A stretch of 64,000 nt of DNA from contig JAQTYI010000002.1 in assembly GCA_028688325.1 (NCBI GenBank), forward strand, positions 9,395 to 73,394, given 5' to 3'. Of this stretch, positions 28,267 through 39,123 are shown in pieces. Origin of the DNA: Candidatus Portnoybacteria bacterium. Its GTDB lineage: Bacteria; Patescibacteriota; Minisyncoccia; Portnoybacterales; GWB1-42-6. How positions within the stretch are numbered: the first letter of the stretch is position 1; every line of letters starts with the position of its first letter. The notes below the pieces were generated by a model that saw only the letters and a program-made list of their open reading frames with translations, made no database searches and was not told where the DNA came from. The position numbers and the translations under genes were made by a program.

Positions 28267-28932
28267 TCAGTTTTTAAACACCATCAGTTTATACCCCACG
28301 AAATTCCAGCCCATGCTCAGCACCGTACCGGCTAACGCGCCAACATTAGCCCAAAGCTTGGCACTCAAGCCGAATTGCGGACCAAAAACATTAACCAACA
28401 AAGTGGCCCCACCCACATTCAAAGCAAACCCTACCACGCTCACGATAAAAAACTGCAGCATTTCTTGGCCGCTTTTTTGAAGCTCGCTTGCCTCCTTTTT
28501 CTTAAAAGTCCAGAATTTATTCCAAAAATAACTGCTGGTCATAGCCGCCAAAAAAGAGATCCCCTTAAAAACCGCATAAAGCGCGCCGGAACTGATGCCG
28601 GCCAAGAACATCAGCAAATTTAAAATTCCCCAGTCAAACAAGGAGTTAAGCGCGCCAACCAGCACAAACTTTGCTAATTGATAGAAAATTTTGACTTTTT
28701 GGGCCAGCCAATAGGCCGCGGCCATGCCGGCAACAGACAAAACCGGCAAAATCACCAGCAAGGTGAAAGCAAAAGATTGCTGAATTTTTAAATTCTGCGC
28801 AATAGGCAAGGCCAACGCGGCGCAAAAAAATCCGATTATCGCCGAAATTATCAAGTCCTTTTTGAATATTGATGTGTTTCCTGTTGCCAACGCATACGCG
28901 GATGCATTTTGTTGCGGTGTTTTTTCATCCAT
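28267..28932 (-). CDS. GtrA-family membrane protein
   Basis: The C-terminal ~120 aa have GtrA-like 4-TM composition (KFVLVGALNSLFDWGILNLL … GWNFVGYKLMVF). Confidence 0.6.
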   Translation of the reverse strand: MDEKTPQQNASAYALATGNTSIFKKDLIISAIIGFFCAALALPIAQNLKIQQSFAFTLLVILPVLSVAGMAAAYWLAQKVKIFYQLAKFVLVGALNSLFDWGILNLLMFLAGISSGALYAVFKGISFLAAMTSSYFWNKFWTFKKKEASELQKSGQEMLQFFIVSVVGFALNVGGATLLVNVFGPQFGLSAKLWANVGALAGTVLSMGWNFVGYKLMVFKN

Positions 28933-29028
28933 ATTTGTCGCGATCCCAATCTACGAATAACATCCGAATGCAACGAATGGATTCATTCGGATAATTCGAA
29001 TGGAATTTTTATTATTCGGATCGCTATC

Positions 29029-31479
29029 TTATGATTTATATCTGCTGTTTATTTCTCCCTCCACCAGATGCTTGTCCCGCCCGTATTTCAGCCGCGACAG
29101 GTCCTTCAGGGCGCCGATTATCTCTTTGTTTTCCTGCGGCGGGCGGTCAAAGACCATATTGAAGGGCTTGGAGGTCAGGTTGTTTATTAGAAGCTTGGCA
29201 TAAGCGCTGAAATTGTCCTGATTTATCAGGTCGTTCTGATCGAAAATAGGCGTGAACTGTTTGACCAAAAATTCCGCGTCTTCCGCGCCCACGCGCATAG
29301 CCAGCATTGAGCCCACATTGCCAAACACCGCGTCTCTTATCTTTTCCGGAATTTGTTTAATATATTGGTGCGTTATCACCAGGCACAATTTATATTTCCT
29401 GGCTTCCGACAATATAGTGGAAATGCTGTCGGTGGTGAAATTTTGGAATTCGTCGATATAAAGATAAAAATCGGAACGCAGCTCTTCGGCCGTATCCACG
29501 CGAGAAAAAGACGCCATCATCAATTTGCCTACAATTATCAACCCTAAAAGATAAGCGTTCAAATCGCCGATGCGGCCCTTGCTCAAATTCACTATCAGAA
29601 TTTTTTTGTTATCCATTATGTCGCGGAAATTGATGGCTGATTTGCTCTGCCCGATTATCGGCCGCATAAAATCATTGGCGATAAAGGTGTTGAATTTGGA
29701 AGTGATATACGGCACAACATTGGCCAGCGCCGCCTCGCCTCCGGCTTTTTCCGCCTCTTTCACCCAGAAATCTTTCACCACAACATTCTGGCATTTATCC
29801 AGCAATCGTTTGCGATATGCCGCGTCCGCCAACACCCTTGGCACCTCCATCAGCGTGGCACCTTCATTGGGATCATCCATCAAAAGCTGCAGAGCATTGC
29901 GGGTGTATTGTTCAAAGATCGGCCCGCCGGTGGTTTTTAAGTCGTATAATTTATCAAAAATGCTTATCAGCTCGTTGACGATGAAAGTTTTCTGCTCGGG
30001 GTATTTCGGATCGTATTCCAGCATATTGATTCCCAAGGGGCGCTCAATATCGGCCGGGTTAAAATAGACAACATCTTCCGCGCGATTTGGCGGCACACAA
30101 CCCAAAACATAATCGGCAAAATCGCCATGCGGGTCGATGACGGCCAGCCCCTCCTCTTTGACATCCTGCGCCAGCATTCCCTGCATGGCTGAGGTTTTGC
30201 CGGTACCCGTCTGGCCCACGATATAAAGGTGCCGGCGCCTGTCGTCTCGCTGCATACGCACCACCGTTTCCACGCCCCGGAAAAAATTCTTGCCCAAAAT
30301 AAGGCCTTGTGTTGGCATATTGGGAGGAGGAGCGGCCTGTTTTGATTTTATAAATTTGACTTTGGGCGTTTCCACTTCCGTGGTCGGAAAATGGAAAATG
30401 GAAGCCAACTCTTCAGTGCTTAAAATAATTTTTCGGCTCGAGTCAAAAATACGGAAAGAAAAATCATAAAGCAGCTGGCGCAATCTCCGGCCAGTGCCGG
30501 CCCGCGATGATTTCAACAGATTCAAATTAAGCCCGTTAAATTGCGAAAAAGCGCTTTCCATCTGCAGCAAAATCCGGTCCGCTTGTTCGGGCATTTTGGC
30601 CGAAACGATCATATTGATATTCGCTTCATAGGCCACTTTGCTGGCCTTGCTTTCCAATGCTTTTATGACTTCCAAGCTCAGAGGCGTAACCGAAGGCGGG
30701 CCGGGAGACGGCGCTTCTTTTTTGGAGAACAAAGTGGAGCCGGTCAAAAGGTCGATTAAAATAACCAGCCAATTTTTATCCACCCGTATTTTTGACAGTT
30801 CATATCTTTTGCCCTTCTGCATCTCCTGGGCGATCTTCAAGGAATTTTTGCGCCAGCGCTTGGCCTTGCTCGGCCGGATGGCAATCTGAATGGCCGCACC
30901 TTCGCCTTCCGCGTCCAACTTGCTCAGCGAGTTGACTATTTCATTTAACGGGTCGGTTTCCAGCCCCTGATAGGTCTTAAAAGGCAGGGAAATTCCTCTG
31001 CCCGCAAAAAGATACGCACCCGTCCCCGCGCCCTGAGGATTGAAGATGTTGTAATCGTCTATCGGCCGCACATCTGCCAACGGGAAAAATCCGTGGATCT
31101 GTTTTTCCATTACTTCCTTCAGGCGCCTGGGACAAGCGACATAAAAAGCTATCTCTTCGCCCACATTCTGCACCGCCATTTCAAAGGTGAAAACCGGCTG
31201 ACCGAAAAGAAACGCGCTGCTCCCTTTTTCTTTCAGGTTGCTCAAGCTGGCATAAAACTGTTCCATCACCGCCACCAGCTCCTTGAACGGCTTTTTATTT
31301 TTATCATCCGCGGGGAGCTTGGGCACAGTCACCAGAAACAGCGACATATTCAACGCCCGGGTTATCCGGCCCTTGCCGCGAACCAGATTTATCAAAAAAT
31401 ATATACCCAAAAAAACCACGATAAAAAATAATACCATGGTTAAGGGAAACAAGATTAAATTAAGGTCGAATGTTTGCAC
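29029..31479 (-). CDS. Type IV secretion coupling-protein-like ATPase (VirD4/TraG/TraD family)
   Basis: Two N-terminal TM helices. Walker A GQTGTGKTS. 816 aa with TraG/VirD4-like layout. Confidence 0.65.
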   Translation of the reverse strand: MQTFDLNLILFPLTMVLFFIVVFLGIYFLINLVRGKGRITRALNMSLFLVTVPKLPADDKNKKPFKELVAVMEQFYASLSNLKEKGSSAFLFGQPVFTFEMAVQNVGEEIAFYVACPRRLKEVMEKQIHGFFPLADVRPIDDYNIFNPQGAGTGAYLFAGRGISLPFKTYQGLETDPLNEIVNSLSKLDAEGEGAAIQIAIRPSKAKRWRKNSLKIAQEMQKGKRYELSKIRVDKNWLVILIDLLTGSTLFSKKEAPSPGPPSVTPLSLEVIKALESKASKVAYEANINMIVSAKMPEQADRILLQMESAFSQFNGLNLNLLKSSRAGTGRRLRQLLYDFSFRIFDSSRKIILSTEELASIFHFPTTEVETPKVKFIKSKQAAPPPNMPTQGLILGKNFFRGVETVVRMQRDDRRRHLYIVGQTGTGKTSAMQGMLAQDVKEEGLAVIDPHGDFADYVLGCVPPNRAEDVVYFNPADIERPLGINMLEYDPKYPEQKTFIVNELISIFDKLYDLKTTGGPIFEQYTRNALQLLMDDPNEGATLMEVPRVLADAAYRKRLLDKCQNVVVKDFWVKEAEKAGGEAALANVVPYITSKFNTFIANDFMRPIIGQSKSAINFRDIMDNKKILIVNLSKGRIGDLNAYLLGLIIVGKLMMASFSRVDTAEELRSDFYLYIDEFQNFTTDSISTILSEARKYKLCLVITHQYIKQIPEKIRDAVFGNVGSMLAMRVGAEDAEFLVKQFTPIFDQNDLINQDNFSAYAKLLINNLTSKPFNMVFDRPPQENKEIIGALKDLSRLKYGRDKHLVEGEINSRYKS

Positions 31480-31565
31480 TAATTTTCAGATGTCCGACAA
31501 CCCAAATATTAAAAAGAATTTTTGGTTGTCGGACATCTCTAGATTTAAATTTATCTTGCCTAAAG

Positions 31566-32582
31566 TTAAAATGTTTCTTTTGCACCATCAACATAAATGA
31601 TAGTTGAAACGCTCCATTTATATTTTAGATCTTTTAATTCTGTGTCTTTTAATTCCACATCTTCCTCTTTAAATTGATTATAATCGGTTCCCGACTTCCA
31701 AATTTTACTGCCACGAGCAGGAATTCCTTTGTCATAACTTACTTTCGATACGGAAATTTTATTATCAAAAATATCATAAAAGGTAAGTGCGCCCTCGACG
31801 CCTCTTATTTCTTTATCGGTTTCGTTGATAAATTTTAAATCCATCGTGATTTGATCCTCGTAATCGCCGGACATATAATCGGCTTTATGAAAACCCTTAC
31901 TTGTAATTTCCAGATTAACCCTTTTTGCGTCCGATTTTAACTGCGAGATGCCACCTTGTTGCATCTCCTTGCCTAACTCTTCCTTTTCTTTTACATCTTT
32001 CTTGTAAGCTTGCACGCTTGAAACGGAACCCATAATAATGGCAAGCAGAATTATGGCGGCAATTGAAAGAGCTATGCCATGTTTATTAGATAGCGATTCT
32101 TGCTGTCTAATTTCAATTTTTTCCGCCTTTTTCTCATATTTATTAGCAATCAAATGAACAACCATACCGCCAATAAGACCGATAATGAAAGACAATATAA
32201 TTACAACAGTTGCGCCCATCGCCGCACCTAAGGCGGCTCCCCCTCTCTCAATCCCGCTCGATGTTGACATCGCTGCCTGCGAACCAAAAATAAACGCAAA
32301 AACAATGGCCGATAAAGGAAGAAAAAACAAAGATATTTCCGTCAAACGAAAACATCTTTCTAGAATGTGATTTCTTTCGGTAAATTGCCAAACATTCCAG
32401 ATCGTCAATGCCCAAATAATCCAAAACGCTATACCCAAATAAGAATTAAGCGTCATCCACGCATAATTTTGAGTAAAGATTAAAGCAGGCAATAGCGCCA
32501 AAAAAATCTTTAAAACAGCATATTCTTTTATTATATTTTTCATAACAATTAAATTTATCTTCGTGTTTTCTTCAATTTGCAA
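31566..32582 (-). CDS. Hypothetical polytopic membrane protein with soluble C-terminal domain
   Basis: 338 aa with ~6 TM segments. Confidence 0.4.
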   Translation of the reverse strand: MQIEENTKINLIVMKNIIKEYAVLKIFLALLPALIFTQNYAWMTLNSYLGIAFWIIWALTIWNVWQFTERNHILERCFRLTEISLFFLPLSAIVFAFIFGSQAAMSTSSGIERGGAALGAAMGATVVIILSFIIGLIGGMVVHLIANKYEKKAEKIEIRQQESLSNKHGIALSIAAIILLAIIMGSVSSVQAYKKDVKEKEELGKEMQQGGISQLKSDAKRVNLEITSKGFHKADYMSGDYEDQITMDLKFINETDKEIRGVEGALTFYDIFDNKISVSKVSYDKGIPARGSKIWKSGTDYNQFKEEDVELKDTELKDLKYKWSVSTIIYVDGAKETF

Positions 32583-32585
32583 GCT

Positions 32586-33041
32586 CTAAATCTCTTCCAA
32601 CTTCCCTTTTTCCACCAATTCCTTATGCAACTCTCCCACCAGCGCGTCATGGAATTCATCCATCAAATACGGGTTCTCCAGGTCGCGCGCCACATCCGCC
32701 GCGTAGACGACGCCTTTTTGAAACGCCAAATCAACCAAATTTTTTAACTGCTGGTTCTTTTCCAGGCGCTTGAATTGCCTTATTTCGGGCTTTGCCTCTT
32801 TGGCGGGAAACGGCAGTGCGCTAACGGGCTCCGCTGGAGCGGCTGAAGATAAAACGGCCGGTTTTTCCGCCGCGACAACCTGCTCCAAAGGCCTCTCTTT
32901 TTCTTTTTGCAACGCCGCTCTTTTGGCCGCTATTTGTTTTTCCAAGTCCGCAAGTTCCATCTCGGCCGAACTTAACGGCGCGGGAGGCGCCGATAGTGTT
33001 TCCGCCGATTGGTCGACCGGTTCGCGATATAGGTCTGGCAT
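32586..33041 (-). CDS. Hypothetical protein
   Basis: 151 aa, A/P/E-rich. The start codon abuts a MITE terminus. Confidence 0.4.
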   Translation of the reverse strand: MPDLYREPVDQSAETLSAPPAPLSSAEMELADLEKQIAAKRAALQKEKERPLEQVVAAEKPAVLSSAAPAEPVSALPFPAKEAKPEIRQFKRLEKNQQLKNLVDLAFQKGVVYAADVARDLENPYLMDEFHDALVGELHKELVEKGKLEEI

Positions 33042-33180
33042 ACCAGGTAGTAGAAATTCGGCTATATTTAATTAAATTCTATGGGCTTAATTAAAATCGC
33101 CAATTTTCCTATTTTTATTAAACTTCACCAGCCAGCAATAATTCGTTTAAACAGCCGAATTTTCACTACCTGGCATAGGG
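33036..33180. repeat. MITE-like element (copy 2 of 3)
   Basis: Same inverted termini and core as 12941-13072. Confidence 0.7.
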
Positions 33181-33212
33181 ATAGTTTTTAGTTAATAGTT
33201 TTTAGTCAAAAC

Positions 33213-33512
33213 TCATACCAGCAAAGAATCCACTGTTTTTTGCATGTCTTGCTTAAAGTTCGCCACTTCTTCTTTGACCAGCTCTTCGTGGTTGGGAATA
33301 TTAGCCGCCAAAAATTGGCTTATTTTTTCCGTGTCTTCTCCCAGGGCCTCAAGCTCGCTCTTTTTTTCCTCGGCCAGCGCGCCGATGAGCCGTAGCGTTA
33401 TCCTTTTTAAAACCGCTTCGGTCATGGCGGTTAAAACCTCTTCTTGGCGCTCTTGCGGTAATTCCGCAATTCCCAATTCTTGAAAAATATTTTCCTCGAT
33501 TTGAGTTGGCAT
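33213..33512 (-). CDS. Hypothetical small helical protein
   Basis: Probable start MPTQIEENIF. The extra upstream MNIAEFLLPGM is encoded by a MITE. Confidence 0.4.
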   Translation of the reverse strand: MPTQIEENIFQELGIAELPQERQEEVLTAMTEAVLKRITLRLIGALAEEKKSELEALGEDTEKISQFLAANIPNHEELVKEEVANFKQDMQKTVDSLLV

Positions 33513-33650
33513 TCCAGGTAGTAGAAATTCGGCTATATTCATAAATCCATCTGGATTTAATTAGCTTACCGAATTCTATAATTTTATTTTTGTTTACCAG
33601 ATAATCTTAATTCGGTTAAACCGCCGAATTTTCACTACCTGGCATTTTTT
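33512..33650. repeat. MITE-like element (copy 3 of 3)
   Basis: Same inverted termini and core as 12941-13072. Confidence 0.7.
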
Positions 33651-33666
33651 TTATTTTAATATTTTA

Positions 33667-36618
33667 TTATTTGTTTTCAAGGTGGCCCTGGTTAAAATCC
33701 GCCGCTATTTCCTTATCGGCGTTTTCCATATATTTATTGAAAAATTCTCCCACTGTCATATTTTTTACTCCCCCAATACCTTGCTTGCCAATGCTATTTC
33801 TCAAAAATTTGGCCATCTCGGCGTATTTTGTATAGTCGCTATAAGTCAAGCCGAGCCAGCTGGAACCGGGTAAATTTAACTGTGATAGTTTGGCTTCGTG
33901 CCAAAAACGGCTCAAGGCGTATTTATCCTCGTAGGCCTCCGGCGGTATGGCATCCAATATCTTACCCAGCGGCACTTTGGCTGCGGCCTTGAAGGTTTCT
34001 TCGGTTAAAATATTCGGTTCAACCAGGCGGGAAACTATTTTTTTTATCTTTTCATCCGCCGGGCCCGCATTGTCCAGCGCTCCATTCAATATATGCTCTT
34101 TTGCGGTCAAATCGGGAACACCCGAACTCGCCGCCCTTAAAAAGGTTGCCTTATCGCTCAAATGCATATGCCCTTGTCCGTCCAATTCCACAAAAGCGCC
34201 CCGGCCAAGATGGCGCATGGCCTTGGCATAACCCTCGGCATTCGCCGTAAAACCGTGTTTAACCAAATTTTCCGCCATACCCGGCTTAGCCAATTCTCCC
34301 TCCGCGCTTTTTAACCACAGCTGATGCGCGCGAGTTCCGGCCCATTTATTGATATCTGTTTTACCGTCCCAGCCAAAGGCCTTGGCCACATCCGGCTTAG
34401 CCCTGAAATTATCAATTATCGCGCCTTCCGGACCTCGGCTGCCGATTTTCAAATTAAAAATTTCTTCGCCGGCTTTGGCGCCGCCCGGCGAAGGCAGAAT
34501 TTCCGGATTCACAGCATCGCCCCCGAGAATCGGCATTCCCGATTTTGGCACATTGCCCGGCAAATGGCTCTTCATTTCGCCGTACCCCGTCTCTCTCAAT
34601 GCTTCTTTTTCTAAATCAAAACCGCCGGTCAAAGGGTGTTTTGCAAAATCGATCGTTTTTTCAGCCGCAGCTTTTATTTTTTCAATCATTTCTTGGCCGA
34701 ATCCAGAATTGATTCCATTGCGCACTGCTTGAGCCAACGCACCGCTGCCGACCAGTGCGCCCAGCGTGCCGGCCAAAACGAACCGCCTGTTTTTTTCGCT
34801 TTCCTTGGCTTTTATCAACTCAAACAGCTTATCGTCCAGTTCGCCATTCTGATTTTTTAGCGCTTCCAAAAACTTCCCGCCAAATTCCTTGCTTAATTTT
34901 TTCTCCGCGCTTTTTTCCTGAGATCTTTTAATGAGCTGCTCGGCGCCGGCTGTCATCATTGAACCGCCAAGCACGCGCAAAGCTGCCTGCCCCGCAAAAG
35001 CCGCCGAGACAATCGCCGTGCTGCCGACCAAACCGCCCGCCAAACCCCCAACAAATAAACCGGCCGAAACCGCCATCTTATATTTAACCGGCAGTTTTTT
35101 ATACCAATCCGTGAATTCCTCGGCTTTTTCATTCATATACCGGCGCGCCGCGCCCATTTGCTCAATTTGCTTGTCGGACTTCAAAGAGTCAATTTTTGCC
35201 GCCTCGCGCAAAGTCACGGCCAGCAAGATATCCTTGGCGTATTTTTCCAGTTCTTCCTTGATGTTTTCGTCCGACTTTCCAGCGGCTTTCAATTCCGCCG
35301 TTTTCCAGGCGATTTCTCCGTCGCGATATGCTTTTAAAGACCCCTTTAAACTTTCTTGCGCCTTTGAAAAATTTTCCCGCGCCTGGGCGGCCTCCGCTTG
35401 TGCGCCGCCGATGTTTTCCTGCCTGACCGGCACTCGGGTTTTGTCGCCTTCAAAACTCGTAAAGCCGCCGACAATGAATTCCTTGATTCTGGCCCGCAAG
35501 CCAGTTAACTTATTTTCTTCTTTTTCCGCCCTTTCTTTGGCCAGCTCCGCCGCCACGAAATTCTCACGCGCTTTATCCAGCGCGGCTTCGGCTTGTTCTT
35601 TTTCGGCTTTTCTGTTGGCTTCTTGGACCTTTTCGAGGCCGTATATTTCTTTTTCTTCGTCTTTGCCGTAGTTTTTGCGCTCGCCCAGAGGATGCTCTTC
35701 CGGCTCTATTTCCCTTTCCGCTGACAACCCCGTTTCGTCCGCCGCATAAGGCCGAGCTGTTGGATGCATCTTGTCTTCCAATATCTCATTTATCTCTTCT
35801 TGCGTCTTATCTTCTGTTATCCGAGAATCAGTTTTTTTCTCGCGTCCCTCCGAAGCGTTTTCTTTTTTCTCCTGCGCTTTTCGCTCCTCTTTTTCGTTTT
35901 CTTTTTTGCCTCTTTCATCCGCTTTATATTTTTCCTTCATTTTTTCCGCTATGCCGCTCACTTCGCCGCTATGAATTACGCCGCGCAATTCACTTTCCGT
36001 CCGGGCGATTAAATCATAAAGTTCTTTGGGCGCATCTTTTTTATTGTTCAAAAAATCGTAAAGTTGCTTAAAGGCCCCTTCCAGCCGATTCACCAGTTCT
36101 TTTTTCTTGTCCGGCAATATAATTTTTTCTTTTTTGCCCTCCTTGGTTTTTTCGCCGCCCGCCTCGTTTTTCGCCGCTTCCAGCGCATCCGCTTCCCTGA
36201 CATCGCGGAGTTTTTTGGTTTTTTTCTTCAACAGAGAAATTTCCCCTTTAAACTCGCCCGGGTTCTCTGTTTTTTCTTTTTTGTCGACAAAGTTGGGGTC
36301 AAAAAAAATCTCGTTTCTTTTTCGCTCGAGCGCTTGATAATAATTTTCCAGTCCGGACAATAAATCCTCGGTCCGCTCGCCATTGGCATAACGATCCAAA
36401 AGAGCGCTGTTGTCCCTTACAAAATCAAACAGCTCCTTCTCCTGCGCCAGAGAGATAAATTTATTTTTTAAAGCCATCTCGGCTTTAAATTCCAGTTTAT
36501 TGCCGTTTAATCTGTCTATCTTGCCCACCATGTCTTCCACTTTATTGTCCAAATCTCTCATTTCTTCCGCCGACAAGCCGCTTTTTTGCTCACCGGAAAT
36601 ATATTTGCTTCCGCTCAT
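33667..36618 (-). CDS. Large (983 aa) K/E-rich coiled-coil membrane-anchored protein
   Basis: N-terminal ~500 aa highly charged coiled coil. Central Gly/Ala-rich TM segments. C-terminal ~350 aa globular region. Confidence 0.5.
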   Translation of the reverse strand: MSGSKYISGEQKSGLSAEEMRDLDNKVEDMVGKIDRLNGNKLEFKAEMALKNKFISLAQEKELFDFVRDNSALLDRYANGERTEDLLSGLENYYQALERKRNEIFFDPNFVDKKEKTENPGEFKGEISLLKKKTKKLRDVREADALEAAKNEAGGEKTKEGKKEKIILPDKKKELVNRLEGAFKQLYDFLNNKKDAPKELYDLIARTESELRGVIHSGEVSGIAEKMKEKYKADERGKKENEKEERKAQEKKENASEGREKKTDSRITEDKTQEEINEILEDKMHPTARPYAADETGLSAEREIEPEEHPLGERKNYGKDEEKEIYGLEKVQEANRKAEKEQAEAALDKARENFVAAELAKERAEKEENKLTGLRARIKEFIVGGFTSFEGDKTRVPVRQENIGGAQAEAAQARENFSKAQESLKGSLKAYRDGEIAWKTAELKAAGKSDENIKEELEKYAKDILLAVTLREAAKIDSLKSDKQIEQMGAARRYMNEKAEEFTDWYKKLPVKYKMAVSAGLFVGGLAGGLVGSTAIVSAAFAGQAALRVLGGSMMTAGAEQLIKRSQEKSAEKKLSKEFGGKFLEALKNQNGELDDKLFELIKAKESEKNRRFVLAGTLGALVGSGALAQAVRNGINSGFGQEMIEKIKAAAEKTIDFAKHPLTGGFDLEKEALRETGYGEMKSHLPGNVPKSGMPILGGDAVNPEILPSPGGAKAGEEIFNLKIGSRGPEGAIIDNFRAKPDVAKAFGWDGKTDINKWAGTRAHQLWLKSAEGELAKPGMAENLVKHGFTANAEGYAKAMRHLGRGAFVELDGQGHMHLSDKATFLRAASSGVPDLTAKEHILNGALDNAGPADEKIKKIVSRLVEPNILTEETFKAAAKVPLGKILDAIPPEAYEDKYALSRFWHEAKLSQLNLPGSSWLGLTYSDYTKYAEMAKFLRNSIGKQGIGGVKNMTVGEFFNKYMENADKEIAADFNQGHLENK

Positions 36619-36865
36619 AAAGTTGTTTCTGTTTGATTATATTGTATCATACTCTCTTTATTATTTAAATCGTTTTTCTGTGGATTACAAACAGGACCGA
36701 AAATGTTAAACTATGCTTAAATTATCACTAACTCGGACTATCTAACAATAAATAATGCGTTTTTTGAAAACTCCCGTCAACCTAATCAGGAAACAACAAA
36801 AAATGCGCTAATTCTTAAAAGAGTCGGTTCCTTGTTTGCGCAAATAAGAAAATAAAAAACACTTT

Positions 36866-38689
36866 ATGACAAAATACGCTTCTTGGATTGCTTCTTTGAT
36901 GTTAATTTTTATGGTCGGAATCGCGTTTTTCAGCCTGCGGGGCGACTCAGCCATAATGGACGAGGTTTCCCATCTGCCCGCCGGCTATTCATATGTCACC
37001 CAATTGGATATGCGCATCAATCCCGAGCATCCCCCGCTGATAAAAGACCTGGCGGGCGGAGCAGTTTTGCTTTGGTCGAAGATCACCGGCGCTAAAATAA
37101 ATTTCCCGTCCAATATCCCGGCTTGGCAAAGCATGATCAACGGCCAGTGGGACTTTGGTTTTGACCTTATGTATAAAGAAGGCAATCCGGCGGACCAAAT
37201 GCTGTTTTTCGGCCGCCTGCCAATGTTGGCGATAATGCTGCTGCTGGGAATTTATGTTTTCAAATGGACGCGGGAGCTCGCCGGTCCCGCCGCGGCGCTG
37301 CTGGCTACATTCTTGTATTCTTTCTCGCCGACCTTCATTGCCCACGGGCGGTTCGTCACGACCGATGTTGGCGCCGCGGCCGCGGTCTTTATCGCCAGTT
37401 ATTATTTCGTCCGCTGGCTCAAAAACCCCTCGGCTAAAAATTTGATCGCCGCCGGCTTGGTCTTTGGCATAGCACAGCTGGCCAAATTCTCGGTCTTTTT
37501 GCTGGTAATACTCTTTGCCATTATCGCCCTGCTTTGGGTATACCTAAAAACCCGGGAGGATAAGAAGTTCTGGCATAATCTTTATAAATACCTGGGCGGC
37601 ACGATATTGCTCTACGCCATCGGCTACATCGTTATCGTCTGGCCGGTCTACCTTTTCCATGTAGCCGACTATCCCATCGCCCGCCAGATCCAAGACACCG
37701 AATACAACCTAGCGACATTCGGCATGCGCCCCATCGCGAACCTCATAATTTGGATGGCTGGGATTCCTTATCTGCGCGCTCTGGCCCAATACGGACTGGG
37801 CCTGGCTATGGTGCTGCAGCGGGCGGTCGGCGGCAACACTGCTTACTTTTTGGGCGAAATTTCCAATACCGGCTCAAAAATTTATTTCCCGGTGGTATAT
37901 TTTCTCAAGGAAACCCTGACTCTCCATGTTCTGACCATCATTGCTTTGTTTTACGGCCTCTGGCAATTTGGCAAAAATAAAATCTACCGCCGGTATAATT
38001 TCAACAAGTTCTTAGAGCAAAACATCGCCCAGATAACAATGTTGGGATTTTTGGCAATCTATTGGTACTCCAGTTTGCGCTCCATCCTGAATATCGGCGT
38101 GCGCCATCTTATGCCGACAATCCCCTTGGTTTTTGTAATGACCTCCCAACAGATAGCTTTATGGCTGGAAGGAAATACCGAAGAGACCAAAACAAAACTC
38201 AAGCAAAATCTGAAATATGGATTTGTCGCCGCCTTAATAATCTGGCAAGCAATAAGCGTGGTCAGCGTTTACCCCTCCTTCCTGGCCTACTTTAACGAAT
38301 CCATCGGCGGCCCGGCCAACGGATACAAATATGTCACCGACTCCAACCTCGACTGGGGCCAGGATCTGCGGCGCCTGACCGCCTGGGTCAACGATAACAA
38401 GATTGATAAGCTCTATCTGGACTTTTTCGGCGGGGTTTTGCCGCAGTATTATTTGAACGGCAAATTCATGCCTTGGTGGGGCGAACGCAACCCGCAAGAC
38501 ATCCAAAAACAAGGCGGCTGGCTGGCGGTCTCCGCCTCCTTCCTGCAAGGCGGCCGAGGCAAGTTCGCGCCGGGATTTTACGATAAGAACGGCTACTACA
38601 ACTGGCTGAACGCCTATGAACCGACAGCCGTCATCGGCTACTCCATATTTGTTTATCATATCCCTGCGCAATTTGATTTTACTCCTTAG
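36866..38689 (+). CDS. ArnT/PMT-like (GT-C fold) integral-membrane glycosyltransferase
   Basis: 607 aa with ~12 TM helices. The N-terminal loop contains DE…H (DEVSHLPAGYSY), GT39/83-like. Confidence 0.6.
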   Translation: MTKYASWIASLMLIFMVGIAFFSLRGDSAIMDEVSHLPAGYSYVTQLDMRINPEHPPLIKDLAGGAVLLWSKITGAKINFPSNIPAWQSMINGQWDFGFDLMYKEGNPADQMLFFGRLPMLAIMLLLGIYVFKWTRELAGPAAALLATFLYSFSPTFIAHGRFVTTDVGAAAAVFIASYYFVRWLKNPSAKNLIAAGLVFGIAQLAKFSVFLLVILFAIIALLWVYLKTREDKKFWHNLYKYLGGTILLYAIGYIVIVWPVYLFHVADYPIARQIQDTEYNLATFGMRPIANLIIWMAGIPYLRALAQYGLGLAMVLQRAVGGNTAYFLGEISNTGSKIYFPVVYFLKETLTLHVLTIIALFYGLWQFGKNKIYRRYNFNKFLEQNIAQITMLGFLAIYWYSSLRSILNIGVRHLMPTIPLVFVMTSQQIALWLEGNTEETKTKLKQNLKYGFVAALIIWQAISVVSVYPSFLAYFNESIGGPANGYKYVTDSNLDWGQDLRRLTAWVNDNKIDKLYLDFFGGVLPQYYLNGKFMPWWGERNPQDIQKQGGWLAVSASFLQGGRGKFAPGFYDKNGYYNWLNAYEPTAVIGYSIFVYHIPAQFDFTP

Positions 38690-38867
38690 ACCTTTTAACT
38701 TCGCAGTTTACCCTGAGCGATTTATCCCGAGCGGAGCTGAGGGAAGCCGAAGGGTCTATCACATTCCGCCAAGTCCCGCCAGATAAATAATACACCAAAA
38801 ATAAAATTTCCCTCTCTGGGGGGATTTTATTTTGACCCTAACTCTAAGCGGGGCCTTCGCCTGCAAA

Positions 38868-39120
38868 AAATGTGTTGTATCAATCAGCGAGGGAGTCGGT
38901 TTTAAAACGCTCAATCCGATGAGTCAAACTTTTGGCGAGGCGTCCGCTGAGAAAAATGTCGCACACGAACTCCCTTGCAATTAGCGAGGGAGTTCGTTTT
39001 AAAACGCTCAATCCGACGAGCGGGCACGGTTTCCCGCTTTAGCGGGAAGAGCGAGGAGGATTGGCGAGTGAAATTTTCCTGGCTGGGGAAAATTTCACGA
39101 TTTTAAAACCGACTCCCGAG
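38868..39120. repeat. Composite/nested MITE region
   Basis: Two ~38-bp direct repeats (gcgagggagtYcgttttaaaacgctcaatccgaYgag) and an inverted terminal copy (ttttaaaaccgactcccgagcg). Internal copies of the gcgaggcgtccgctgagaaaaatgtcgc element. Confidence 0.55.
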
Positions 39121-39123
39121 CGC

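Noticed and set aside
28933-29030. Cluster of ccgaat/attcgg half-sites (catccgaatg…cgaatggattcattcgg…ttcgaatgg…attcggatcg) upstream of the GtrA-like gene
   Set aside because: Possibly operator sites for an unknown regulator. No regulator gene is adjacent and the pattern is short, so it was not called.
38868-39010. Two ~38-bp direct repeats separated by a ~47-bp spacer, superficially like a mini CRISPR array
   Set aside because: There are only two repeats, they differ at 3 positions, and the spacer is itself a copy of a dispersed repeat (gcgaggcgtccgctgagaaaaatgtcgc). The right end of the region also carries an inverted copy of the repeat. I read this as nested MITEs. No cas genes are nearby.
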